64,000 nt of DNA from an uncultured delta proteobacterium (GTDB lineage Bacteria; Myxococcota_A; Polyangia; Fen-1088), in NCBI GenBank assembly GCA_963767925.1, contig CAVYGB010000002.1, positions 1,824,001 to 1,888,000 on the forward strand. The letters are read 5' to 3'. The translations under genes were made by a program, and so were the position numbers. This document shows positions 29,290 through 38,775 of the stretch, piece after piece. How positions within the stretch are numbered: the stretch's first letter is position 1; every line of letters starts with the position of its first letter. The notes below the pieces were generated by a model. It made no database searches. It was not told where the DNA came from and worked only from the letters and a program-made list of their open reading frames with translations.

Positions 29290-31701
29290 TCAAGGCCGGC
29301 AAGCCTCGCGACGGCGGCGCGCCTCGGTGGCCAGGGGGCCGGTCGGGTGATGGGCGAGGTACGCCTCGAGCAGCGCGCGGCCTTCGCTGCTGCAGTCGGT
29401 CTCCCGGGAGGACAGCCGCAGCAAGGCCCCCAGCGCCTCGGCGTCTTGCACCGAGCCGGGATGCCGGGCGCGGAAGCGGGTGTAACAGCCACGCGCCGCT
29501 GGCAGCGCGCCGGCGCGCAGCTCGATCTCGCAGGCCAGGAACGCGGCGGGCTCCGCCAGATCGGGCGCGTCCTGAGCACGCACACGATCGAGGCGGGTGC
29601 GCGCCTCGTCGAGATCGCCGGCCCGCAACGCGAGCTGTGCCAGCTCGTAGCTCGCCACCGCGCCCAGCGCCCCCGTCCCCGGCAGGACCGCCAGCTCGAG
29701 CAACCGCCGGCGCGCCTCCGCCGCGTCCCCTCGCGCCATCGCCTCCTCCGCCCGCCGATACAGGTCAGCCGCCCCCCGAGGCGGTGCTGCCCCAGGGCCA
29801 GCCCCGGGCGCGCCGGCCGGTGAAGGCGCCACCGCCGCGTCGGGAGGCGCCCCCGCCGCCGGGGTCGGTCTGTCGCCCGCCGCCCAATCCGTACCTCCAG
29901 TCGCGCGAACGCCCGGGAGCGACAGCGCCACGGCGGGACGAGATGCCGGAGCGGCGGCGCGATCGCGCGACGTCGCGGTGGACCGACGCAGGGTAGGGGT
30001 TGCGCCGGCCTGGCGATCGGATGCGGGCACGGACGCTCGCCTGGTTGCCCGTGCACCCGGAGGCCCGGTGATCGCGCCGGTCCCGACCGCTCGGAGCAGG
30101 CCGGCGCCGTGTTCGGCGAACAAGCGGACGACGGATCGGGGCAAGCCAGAGAACCGACCGCGGCCGGCGATCCGCGCGGGCGTTGGTTGGGTGGCAAGGC
30201 CGGGGTGAGCGCCGGGGGGGCCGTGTGCGTCCGGAGGTGGGGTGGACCAGATCTGGCCGGCGGAGACGAGCTGATCGTGGTCGTCGCGATCGCGGACCAG
30301 GACGCGGCCCTCGGAGACCGCCACCCGGCTCCCGCTGGCCTGCGCCTCGACGTAGAAGGTCGTGCCGACCACGTCGGTGCGGGTGCCGGGCGAACGGATG
30401 CGCAGCCGCCCGCCGGCGCCGTGCCGGTAGTGACCGACGAGGGTGCCGCGGGTGAGGATCACCTCGAGCAGCTCCGGGCTCGAGGCGATCACCTCCAGCT
30501 CGGCCGGCCCGACGAGCAACAGGTGCGTGCGGTCGCCCAGCCGCGCCCGCTCACGCGTCCCCGCCGCCAGCACCAGTCGCCGGACCGCCGCCCCCTCGAC
30601 CCCGTCGCCCGCGCGGCGCAACCCCGGTCCTGGACCGGGCCGCGCGCCCGCCCTCTTGCCCGAGGCGGCCCCGGCGGCCCTGGGCTCCAGCCGGATGAGC
30701 GCCAGCGCCTCGCGTGGGCCGGCCCCGGGATCGGCGCCCACGGCCTCCGCGCCGGAGCGCTCGCCCGGTCGGAGGGCGATCCCCGACCGCGGCGGCACCG
30801 GGAGGCCGCTCCGCTCGCCCGCCGTCGCAGGATCCGCACCCTTCGAGCCAGGCTCGGTCGCGGCAGCGGGGTCCGCCGGCCCCGATGCGGGGCCAGCCGT
30901 CGTCGCAGCGGGATTCGCGGCCCCCGGTGCGAGGCCAGCCATCGGCGCGGCGGGATCCGCCGCCCGGGCTCCAGTAGCGCTCGTGGCAGTGGAGGAATTC
31001 GTCGTCCTCGACTTGAGGTTTCCTGCCGCTCTCGAAAAATCCGTAGCCGCGTTTCCTCCACGCTCGCCCTCGCTCGCCGAGCCGGCGGGCGGAGGGGCCT
31101 TCAACAGGAAGGCGAGGGCCAGCACGGCCGCCGCGGCCGAGGCGCTGCCCGCGGCGAGCCACCCGGCCAGGGCCAGCCGGCGGGGCCGGGCGGCCGGAGC
31201 TCGGGTGGTCGACCATCTTCCTGGCCGCCCACCAGGGGCGCCGCCGGTGCGGGTGCCGGGCTCCCGACCGGGTCCCGTGGCCCCAATGCGGTCGCCGGTT
31301 TCCCGGGCGGGTCTCGTGGCGCCGCTGGCGTGGGCGGACCTCGAGGTGCCACCGGTGCGGGAGGGTTCGTGGGCGGGGCCCGTGGCGCCGCCGGCGTGGG
31401 CGGGGCCGCGGGCGGGGCGGGGCGCGCCGGGGGGGCGGGTGGCGGCGAGATCGTCGAGGGCGGGGGTGAGGCGATCGAGGATGCGGGCGCGCGTGAGGTC
31501 GTCGAGCGGAGCGGGGTCGGTGCGGACGGCCGCGCGGAGGGCGTCGAGGCGGGCGTGTTCGGCCTGGCAGGCGGCGCAGCGGGCCACGTGGCGGGCCACG
31601 CGCGCGGCCATGCCCACGTCGGCGGCTCCCAGCAGCGCCACCTCCCGCGCCTCCGCGCAGGCGGCGTGGTCGTCGCCCCGCTTGCCCCGGCCCCAGCCCA
31701 T
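29290..31701 (-). CDS. Anti-sigma factor: ZAS-like finger, TM, FecR-like domain, C-terminal TPR
   Basis: HVARCAAC; TM LALAGWL...LAFLL; VVGTTFYV...VAVSEGRVLV; TPR-like helices; TGATG overlap with the sigma gene. Confidence 0.85.
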   Translation of the reverse strand: MGWGRGKRGDDHAACAEAREVALLGAADVGMAARVARHVARCAACQAEHARLDALRAAVRTDPAPLDDLTRARILDRLTPALDDLAATRPPGAPRPARGPAHAGGATGPAHEPSRTGGTSRSAHASGATRPARETGDRIGATGPGREPGTRTGGAPGGRPGRWSTTRAPAARPRRLALAGWLAAGSASAAAAVLALAFLLKAPPPAGSASEGERGGNAATDFSRAAGNLKSRTTNSSTATSATGARAADPAAPMAGLAPGAANPAATTAGPASGPADPAAATEPGSKGADPATAGERSGLPVPPRSGIALRPGERSGAEAVGADPGAGPREALALIRLEPRAAGAASGKRAGARPGPGPGLRRAGDGVEGAAVRRLVLAAGTRERARLGDRTHLLLVGPAELEVIASSPELLEVILTRGTLVGHYRHGAGGRLRIRSPGTRTDVVGTTFYVEAQASGSRVAVSEGRVLVRDRDDHDQLVSAGQIWSTPPPDAHGPPGAHPGLATQPTPARIAGRGRFSGLPRSVVRLFAEHGAGLLRAVGTGAITGPPGARATRRASVPASDRQAGATPTLRRSTATSRDRAAAPASRPAVALSLPGVRATGGTDWAAGDRPTPAAGAPPDAAVAPSPAGAPGAGPGAAPPRGAADLYRRAEEAMARGDAAEARRRLLELAVLPGTGALGAVASYELAQLALRAGDLDEARTRLDRVRAQDAPDLAEPAAFLACEIELRAGALPAARGCYTRFRARHPGSVQDAEALGALLRLSSRETDCSSEGRALLEAYLAHHPTGPLATEARRRREACRP

Positions 31702-32339
31702 CACGTCTCCCCCTTGCCGCTCCGGCGCGCGCTGAGCGCCTCGATCTCCGCCTGGGCGTGGCGGACCCGCTGGGCCACCGCCGCCGGAGTCGCGTCCACG
31801 AGCGCCCCGATCTCCTCGAGCGAGAGCCCCTCCACCACCCGCAGCACGAAGGCGATCCGCTTCTTCGGCTTGATCCGGTCGAGCAGCGCCGAGGTGGCAG
31901 CCAGCCGCTCGCGCTGGGCCGCGTGCGCCTCGGGCGAGGCGCCTTGATCGCACAGGCCCGCCAGCAGCTCGGGATCCGCCGCCGCCGGGCGCTTGCCCCG
32001 GCGCTTGAGGTGGTCGAAGGCGATGTTGAGCATCACCCGGTGCAGGAAGGTCGCGAACGCCGCCTCGCCGCGGAAGCGATCCAGCGCCCGGAACACCTCG
32101 AAGAAGATCTGCTGCACCAGATCCTCCCGATCGGGATCCGGGCCGATCAGGCGGCCCAGCCGCCGCCACACCATATCGACGTGCCGGCGGTAGAGATCGT
32201 CGAAGGCCTGCCGGTCGCCGCCCATGGCCCGGCGCACGACGTCCTCGTCGCGGTCGACCAGCGCCTCGGCAGCGCCGGACAGCGGGCGTTCGGGCCGGCG
32301 CACCGCCCACAGCACCGTCAGCATCGCCCCGGCGCTCAC
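31701..32339 (-). CDS. ECF RNA polymerase sigma-70 factor
   Basis: GDRQAFDDLYRRH, EDLVQQIF, FRGEAAFATFL, EGLSLEEIG. Confidence 0.93.
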   Translation of the reverse strand: MSAGAMLTVLWAVRRPERPLSGAAEALVDRDEDVVRRAMGGDRQAFDDLYRRHVDMVWRRLGRLIGPDPDREDLVQQIFFEVFRALDRFRGEAAFATFLHRVMLNIAFDHLKRRGKRPAAADPELLAGLCDQGASPEAHAAQRERLAATSALLDRIKPKKRIAFVLRVVEGLSLEEIGALVDATPAAVAQRVRHAQAEIEALSARRSGKGET

Positions 32340-33490
32340 CGCGCCCTCCAGAGCAGGCCCATCCGCACCGCGGGCACGACCCGCCCCGTGCGCAGCAGCG
32401 AGTGCCCACCCACCCGGAAGTCGACCGCGTTGGCCACGACGTCCACCCCGCCCGCCACCAGCAGGCCGAAGCCCCGGCCGAGCGCAAACGCCCGCTGCGC
32501 CCCCACCTGCCCGCCCAGCAACACTCCCTGGACCGACCGCACAGCCCCGCCCGCCACCCCGACGGTCCGGTAACCCCGGGCCAGCCCACCCATCGACAGC
32601 GTCCAGCCGCCCCGGCGCAGGAACAGCCCCAGCCGCAGCGGCGCCATGTGCACGACCAGCGTTTGCGGCACCAGGTTCCCGGTCCCGACGAGCCCGCGCC
32701 CCTGCCCGTAGCCGAGCTCGCCGAGCAGGCCCACCTGGGTCGCGCCGGCATCCCCCGCGAGTTGCCAGGCCACCAACGCCGTCGGCTCGAGCGCGAGCCC
32801 CGCGCTCGTCGCGCCCCGGTTCACCACGCCCGCCAGCCCGAACATCAGCGTCCCATCGCCAAACCCCCGCCCCCCACCGCCGCCGTCGCCACCACGACCG
32901 GCACCTTCGCTGCCCAGGCGCCGCGCCCCCTGGCCACTCCCACCGCCTTCGGCATCGCCACCCGCACCGTCGTCACCAAGGCGACCCGCATGGTCGTCCC
33001 CACCGGCGTCACCGCCGCGCAGGTCGGCCTGCCCGGCGCCCGCCGCCACCGGGGGCAGCTCCAGCGGACGGAGCACGTCGACCACCGCCAGCGCCACCAG
33101 CCGCGCCGCCTCCTCGCCCCGGGCCGCACCGAGCACCACCACCCGCCTCCGCCCCGCCGTGCTCGCCTGAACCACCCCCTTCTCCGCCCAGCCGATCGCC
33201 ACCTCCGCCGGATCCCCGCCCGCACCCTCCGCCGCCAGCGCTCCGGCCGGCTGCCGGATGGTCACCGCCGACGCGAGCTCCACCTGGCTGAACGGCGGCA
33301 GCGTCTCCGCCGGGAACCGCCAGGCCAGCGCCCACCCCGGCCCCGCCTCGGCCCGCCCCGCCGCGACCGCCAACAGCCCCACCACCACCCCGAGCGCGAG
33401 GAGCCGTGCCCCGACCCCACGGGCACCTCCGCCGGATCTCCGGGCGTCCCCCGCGAAGGGACGCCACACACTGCGCAGGCGGGCCGTCAC
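32336..33490 (-). CDS. Exported protein with putative C-terminal outer-membrane beta-barrel
   Basis: Signal peptide ending RAEA; amphipathic Gly-rich strands ending RMGLLWRAR; GTGA overlap with the sigma gene. Confidence 0.6.
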   Translation of the reverse strand: MTARLRSVWRPFAGDARRSGGGARGVGARLLALGVVVGLLAVAAGRAEAGPGWALAWRFPAETLPPFSQVELASAVTIRQPAGALAAEGAGGDPAEVAIGWAEKGVVQASTAGRRRVVVLGAARGEEAARLVALAVVDVLRPLELPPVAAGAGQADLRGGDAGGDDHAGRLGDDGAGGDAEGGGSGQGARRLGSEGAGRGGDGGGGGRGFGDGTLMFGLAGVVNRGATSAGLALEPTALVAWQLAGDAGATQVGLLGELGYGQGRGLVGTGNLVPQTLVVHMAPLRLGLFLRRGGWTLSMGGLARGYRTVGVAGGAVRSVQGVLLGGQVGAQRAFALGRGFGLLVAGGVDVVANAVDFRVGGHSLLRTGRVVPAVRMGLLWRAR

Positions 33491-33499
33491 GTCTGCTTG

Positions 33500-33530
33500 G
33501 TCTTCCCCGCCACGCGAACCTTGAAAAAAA
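33500..33530 (-). promoter_or_regulatory. Putative ECF promoter, copy 2 (autoregulatory)
   Basis: TTTTTTTCAAG-N16-AGAC, 9 nt before GTG 33490. Confidence 0.7.
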
Positions 33531-33975
33531 GTGTGCAGGGAAACCTGCCACCGCGCCCGACGCACGCCTACCAGCGTCGACCACCCCCACCGCGTCGATC
33601 GCCCGCACAGCGCGCGATTCCGCGCCGGCCGTGCACCGGAGCCGGTTGCATCACCGGTCGGCGCACTGTCCGGATCGATCGGGCCCGATTGACCCGGCCG
33701 TTTCCCGGGTCGGCGCACCGCTCAGATCAAAGCAGACACGGTTGGCCCCAGGCGCTTCAATCACAGACCAGCGGCAACGCCTTCAAGAGGAGCACCGATC
33801 GAACCCGCTCGTCGAGGCAGAGCGAGAGCAGGCCACCCCCGCGGGGGAGGGAGGGAGGGAGGGATCCTCTTTCGGGGGGCGTGAACGCCTGCTCGCCGTC
33901 TGCGGCGACGCCAAGGCGTTCACGAGGCCGCAGCGCCGCCCGCCAGGGCCCTCCCCCAGCCGCTCGCGCGGGACC

Positions 33976-35106
33976 CTACCGCCACCAGGTGTCGAGCGGC
34001 GGGGGCGCCGCTGGATCGACGGGCTCGCCCGGGCGGGGGACGGTGAGCGTCACGCTCGCCGCGTGCGCCGCTGCCAGGACGCGGTCGCCCGGCTCGTTCC
34101 AGCGGTGAAAGGCCAGGTTGAAGGTGGCCCAGTGAACCGGGAACAGCAGCTTCGCGCCGACATCCTGGCTCACCTTGACCGCCTGCTCGGGGTCGAGGTG
34201 GATCTCCGGCCAGGTCTCGCCGTAAGCCCCGATCTTGACGAGCGCCACATCGAAGGGCCCCAGGCGGCGGCCGATCTCGGCGAACGTGGGGGAGTAGCCC
34301 GTGTCGCCGCTGTAGTAGACCCGGCGCTCGCGGTTGTCGATCACCCAGGAAGCCCACTGGGTCTGGTTCTCGCGCCAGGGCAAGCGCCCGGAGAAGTGGC
34401 GCGCCGGCGTCGCCGTGATCCGCAGGTCGTCGAGCGCCTCGCTCTGCCACCAGTCGAGCTCGCGCACCTGCCCCGCGGGGACCCCCCAGCGCGCGAGGTG
34501 CGCCCCCACCGCCAGCGGCACGAAGAACACCGTCCCGCGCCCCGCCAGCGCCACCACCGTCGCCTGGTCGAGGTGGTCGTAGTGGTCGTGCGAGATCACC
34601 ACCGCGTGGATGGGCGGCAGATCAGTCAGCGCGATGGGCGGCGGGAAGAAGCGCACCGGCCCCACCCAGCCGAACGGCGAGCAGCGGTCGCTGAAGATCG
34701 GATCGGTCAGCAGGCGCTTGCTGCCGATCTCGACAAGCGTGGTGGAGTGTCCCAGCCAGGTCAGCCGCAACCCTCCGGGCGGCGCGCTGGCGATCTCCCC
34801 GGGGCCGCGCTTGACCACCGGCACCGCCCCCGGGGGCTGCCGCTCCTCGTCCCCGAACATCTGGCGGCGCAGCGTCTGCAGCATCGTGCCCGCCACCAGC
34901 GTGCGGGTGGGGACGAGGTTCTGGAAGGTCCCGCCGCGGTAGTTGGGCGAGCGCTGCACCTCGGCCAGCCGCTGCCCGTCGATGCGGGCCCCGAAGCTGG
35001 TGGTCGAGGTGAGGACCGCGATGACCAGGAGGACGAGGGCGCCGAGGACCGCCCCCGCCACCCCCCATCGCCGCCGACTCCGCCCGGGGCTCGATTCCAG
35101 CACCAT
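33976..35106 (-). CDS. MBL-fold metallo-hydrolase (RomA/NAPE-PLD-like)
   Basis: WLGHST, SHDHYDHLD, RHFSGR, GDTGY, PVHWATF; N-terminal TM. Alternative start 35118. Confidence 0.92.
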   Translation of the reverse strand: MVLESSPGRSRRRWGVAGAVLGALVLLVIAVLTSTTSFGARIDGQRLAEVQRSPNYRGGTFQNLVPTRTLVAGTMLQTLRRQMFGDEERQPPGAVPVVKRGPGEIASAPPGGLRLTWLGHSTTLVEIGSKRLLTDPIFSDRCSPFGWVGPVRFFPPPIALTDLPPIHAVVISHDHYDHLDQATVVALAGRGTVFFVPLAVGAHLARWGVPAGQVRELDWWQSEALDDLRITATPARHFSGRLPWRENQTQWASWVIDNRERRVYYSGDTGYSPTFAEIGRRLGPFDVALVKIGAYGETWPEIHLDPEQAVKVSQDVGAKLLFPVHWATFNLAFHRWNEPGDRVLAAAHAASVTLTVPRPGEPVDPAAPPPLDTWWR

Positions 35107-35168
35107 ACGCACCACCATACCTCAGCGGCGGGCAATCGCCCCCCACCGGCGGCGCGCGACGCCGCGGC

Positions 35169-35420
35169 CTACTGGACCAGCGTCGTGGGCGCCGGAGCGG
35201 CCGTGTTGGACAGTCGGTGCGAGAGGTAGAGGCTCGCCAGGATCACGCCGACGCTCATCACGACGAGCAAGATCCCCTTTTGCACCTGGCGCACCGTCGC
35301 GTGCCGCTTGTGCGGGTCGCTCCGCGGACGGCGGGCAGAGTGCCGGTGGCCCCCGTTGCGACGCCGTCTCCGTGCTGCTGGAAACGACTCGATCCCAGGG
35401 GATCCATCCGAGGCGTTCAT
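35169..35420 (-). CDS. Small single-pass membrane protein
   Basis: Basic N-terminus, TM GILLVVMSVGVILASLYL; TAAAAT 8 nt before ATG. Confidence 0.5.
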   Translation of the reverse strand: MNASDGSPGIESFPAARRRRRNGGHRHSARRPRSDPHKRHATVRQVQKGILLVVMSVGVILASLYLSHRLSNTAAPAPTTLVQ

Positions 35421-35561
35421 GGCCAGGTATTTTACTCCGGGCCCCCTTGACAGTGGCATCGGCGATGCACAGGAAGGGACCTCTCGCTTCGCTAAATCAG
35501 GCCCCGACGGCTGCGGCTCCGCCTCTTGACAGCGCTGCGAGCAGGAAGTACCGCTCCCGAC

Positions 35562-36089
35562 ATGCACACGCGAGCCAGCGTCGCGCTCTTCACCCTCGCC
35601 ACTCTTCTTCTTCCTCTTCTTGGCGGCTGCTACACGACAAAGGTCCATACCGGCGCCATCGCCGCCGGCCCCGAGATCCGCGACCGCCAGTGGTTCACGA
35701 TCGGCGGCCTCGTCCCGCTGTCCGAGCCCACCGGCCTGCAGTGCCCCGGCGGCCTCGCCCGGGCCGAGAGCCAGCTCGCCGGCATGGATATCGTGCTCAA
35801 CGTGGCCCTCGCCCTGGTCGGCGGCGGCACGGCCGCCGTGCTCTGCCGGAACGAGAGCCGCGCAGAGCGCAACAGCTGCGCCTCCGCCGGCGCGTCGCTG
35901 GTCCCCTTCCTGTTCGCCTCGCGCACCGTCCGCTACACCTGCGCCGGCCCCGGCCCCGCCCCCGGCACCTGGCCCCCCCCTCCCGTCCAGGCCCCACCCG
36001 CGCCCTACCAACCTCCCCCTCCTCCGCCCGGGTCCTACCAACCTCCCCCCGCCCCGCCGCCATCCCCCCCGCCCGGCACCGCCAGCTAA
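35562..36089 (+). CDS. Bor/Iss-like lipoprotein with Pro-rich tail
   Basis: Lipobox LGGC; QWFTIGGLVP...CPGGLARAES...RTVRYTC. Upstream TTGACA-N17-TACCGC. Confidence 0.65.
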   Translation: MHTRASVALFTLATLLLPLLGGCYTTKVHTGAIAAGPEIRDRQWFTIGGLVPLSEPTGLQCPGGLARAESQLAGMDIVLNVALALVGGGTAAVLCRNESRAERNSCASAGASLVPFLFASRTVRYTCAGPGPAPGTWPPPPVQAPPAPYQPPPPPPGSYQPPPAPPPSPPPGTAS

Positions 36090-36423
36090 TCCCCGTCCCG
36101 CCCAACACCCGCCCAATTCAAGGCGTCCCCCGCGTAGCCGTCTCCGTCCCCGTCTCCGGGCACGTGCCTCAACACCCCATCGGTCATCTCGACGACACCT
36201 TCCGCAAGAACCTGATCTGCACCCGCGTCTTCCCCCCGCGCAGCGGAACGGGAACGGCAACGGGAACCCCCGGAGCGCACACCTCGATTGAGATATCTTC
36301 CACAGAGAGCGCACCGCGCGCGTTCCGCCCTACGCAGGCCCTCCGCACCGCCGACAACCGATCGCCGCCCTGCAAACGATCCCGCCCCCGTCGGTGCTTG
36401 TCTTGACCCCCGAGACTGGCCCG

Positions 36424-36848
36424 GTGAATCGGCGCCGCCGGCTCCTCTGCACCGGTCTGGCGGCGGCGCTCCTGTCCGCCTGCGGGTCGGTGCGGCTCGA
36501 CGGCCTCGGTGACGGCGGCAACAGCGCCGTCGGGGGCAACCAGCCCGACCCGTCCGACTGCGGCGCGCGCGACGGCGGGCCGCTCGGTCAGCCCGGCGAT
36601 CCGCCCGGCCCCGCGCCCGGTGCGCCGGGGCTGCTGCTGCGGCGGGCCCGCTTCGTCGAGGGGTTCGAGGCGAGCGACTGGCAGTGCAGCTCCACATCAC
36701 GATGTTCGACATCTTCAACAACGCCAACGCGCGCCTCGACGTGCGGGCCGAGGGGATCACCGCCGAGGGCTTCACCGCCGTCATGCAGACCTGGGCCGAC
36801 GCGCACATCTACCACCTCGGCCTGACCTGGACCGCGCTGCTGAAGTAG
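36424..36848 (+). pseudogene. Lipoprotein with H-type lectin-like domain, frameshifted
   Basis: Lipobox LSAC; after a shift near 36675-36685 reads VQLHITMFDIFNNANARLDVRAEGITAEGFTAVMQTWADAHIYHLGLTWTALLK*. Confidence 0.6.
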
Positions 36849-36931
36849 CAGCGCCCGGCCCGTGGCCTTTCCCGTCCCCCTCTCTTCTCTTCGAGGCGCG
36901 CCCCCGCCGTCGTGGTAGGCGCGCGCGCGGC

Positions 36932-37219
36932 TCACTGCACGGCGCAGGTGGCGGACACCGTGCCGCTGACGTTCCAGGGCAGCGTGCCGATCGAGACCCC
37001 GATCTCCAGGCTGCCCGCGCGGATACCGACGCCCTCCTTGACGTAGCGGGGCTGCGGCGTGCCGTCGGGACGGCGGACACAGTCGCAGTCGTTGCCCCAC
37101 AGATAAAACGGCACCGTGATGCCGAAGCCGCAGTCGGTGCGCTCGCGGCCGTAGGGGCAGGTCTGGTTGAAGGTGCCGTTGCGCTTGAAGCCCAGCGCCT
37201 GGCAGGTGTCGAGGGTCAA
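36932..37219 (-). pseudogene. C-terminal fragment of a Cys-rich secreted-type protein
   Basis: Coding-like codon pattern, several Cys, no signal peptide or RBS. Confidence 0.4.
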
Positions 37220-37503
37220 CCCCGGCGTGGGGGCCAGGTCGTTGAGCCAGCCTGGACTGTTTTCGAGGCAGCCGGGCTCCCTCGCTGGGCCCGGGCCAGC
37301 CTAGCGCAGGGCGCCCTCCGGTCGAGCCGGCGGCAAACAGTTCCAGGGGGAATCTGCACGCCCCCCCCCGGGGAGTGATCGGGAGCCGGCCGCTCTGCGT
37401 CTGGGGTAAAAAGCGCTTTACCCGCGCGGCGCCGGTCCCGATTCGCCGCCCGCCCCCTATACTCCTGCGGCTGCCGCAGTGGCGCCCCCGGTCTGCGAGG
37501 AAC

Positions 37504-38760
37504 ATGGCTGCCGAGTCCAACGAAGACGACCGCCTGCTGGTAAAAGACGGCTGGAAGCACTACCGCCGCACCTACTCCGTCACCGAGTTCCGCTGGGGGC
37601 TGGCCTGCGGCGGCTTCCTGCTGCTCCTGATCGGCTGGGTGGTCTGGAAGGGCCGCCACCCCGACCCGGAGCTGTTCTCCGACGGCGCCGCCCTGCTGGA
37701 GGCCGCCGGCACCAAGCCGAAGATCGAGGTGTCGCACGCGCCGGTCGCGCCCCCCGCCACCGGCGCGGCCCCCGGCGGCAGCGCCGCCCCCGCCGGTGAG
37801 CCCGTCGCCGCTGCCGTCGGGCGGGGACCGCTGCCCCGGGGCCTGGCCGGCTCGGGCTGGACCGAGGACAAGATCGTCTCGTTCGACGAGGAGAACCTGT
37901 ACATCAAGATCGACGGCCGCGCCGACTACTTCCGGGCCTTCCACTTCAAGCGCATGCACAGCGTGCTGCTCACCAGCGCCGCCGACAGCGCGGTCACCAT
38001 CGACGTCGAGATGTACGACGTCTCGAACGCGGCCAACGCCCTCGGCGCCTATAGCGGCGAGCGGCCCCCCAACGCCAAGGTCGAGGTCACCGAGGCGGGC
38101 CTGCACCACTTCGACCGCAACGCCCTCTACATGGCGCGCGGCCCTTATTACATCCGGGTCATCGGCTCGGACGAGACCCCCCCGATCGCCGCGAAGCTGA
38201 AGCTGATCGGGGAAAAGCTGCTCTCCGACGTGGGCGGCGAGGCGCTGCCCTGGGCCTACGGCCTGTTCATCGGGCAGATGAACCTCGGCGCCGACAAGAT
38301 CACCTACTCGGCCAAGAACGCCTTCTCGCTCGGCTTCGCCGACGACGTCTGGGCGGTGCGCCCGGAGGGCAAGGAGACCGACCTCGAGCTGTTCGTCTCG
38401 GCCCGGCCCAGCGCCGCCGCCGCCCGCAAGCTGGCCGACAAGCTCCGGGCCTCGTTCAAGGAGCTCGGCGCCCCGGCGGGCCAGGCGGCGGGCGTCCCGC
38501 TCATCAAGGACCAGTTCCTCGGCCTCCTCTCCACCGCCACGACCCTCGACCGGATCACCTTCGGCCTGCGCGGCGCGGCCAGCGTCGCGGTGGCCACCGC
38601 CGAGCTCGAGCGCCTGCGCAAGACCCTGGCCAGCGCGCCCCCCGAGCTCCTGGCCCGGGCGGTGCCCGGCCTGGCTGGCGCCGCCGCCGCGCCCGCCGCC
38701 GAGAAGGCCCCTGCCGCGGCGACCCCCGCCGAGCCGTCCGAGGCCGACGAGGAGAAGTAG
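37504..38760 (+). CDS. Membrane-anchored DUF6599-like protein
   Basis: FDEENLYIKIDGRADYF, EMYDV...ALGAYS, GPYYIRV; GAGG RBS. Confidence 0.7.
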   Translation: MAAESNEDDRLLVKDGWKHYRRTYSVTEFRWGLACGGFLLLLIGWVVWKGRHPDPELFSDGAALLEAAGTKPKIEVSHAPVAPPATGAAPGGSAAPAGEPVAAAVGRGPLPRGLAGSGWTEDKIVSFDEENLYIKIDGRADYFRAFHFKRMHSVLLTSAADSAVTIDVEMYDVSNAANALGAYSGERPPNAKVEVTEAGLHHFDRNALYMARGPYYIRVIGSDETPPIAAKLKLIGEKLLSDVGGEALPWAYGLFIGQMNLGADKITYSAKNAFSLGFADDVWAVRPEGKETDLELFVSARPSAAAARKLADKLRASFKELGAPAGQAAGVPLIKDQFLGLLSTATTLDRITFGLRGAASVAVATAELERLRKTLASAPPELLARAVPGLAGAAAAPAAEKAPAAATPAEPSEADEEK

Positions 38761-38775
38761 AGCAGCAGCCCCCGG

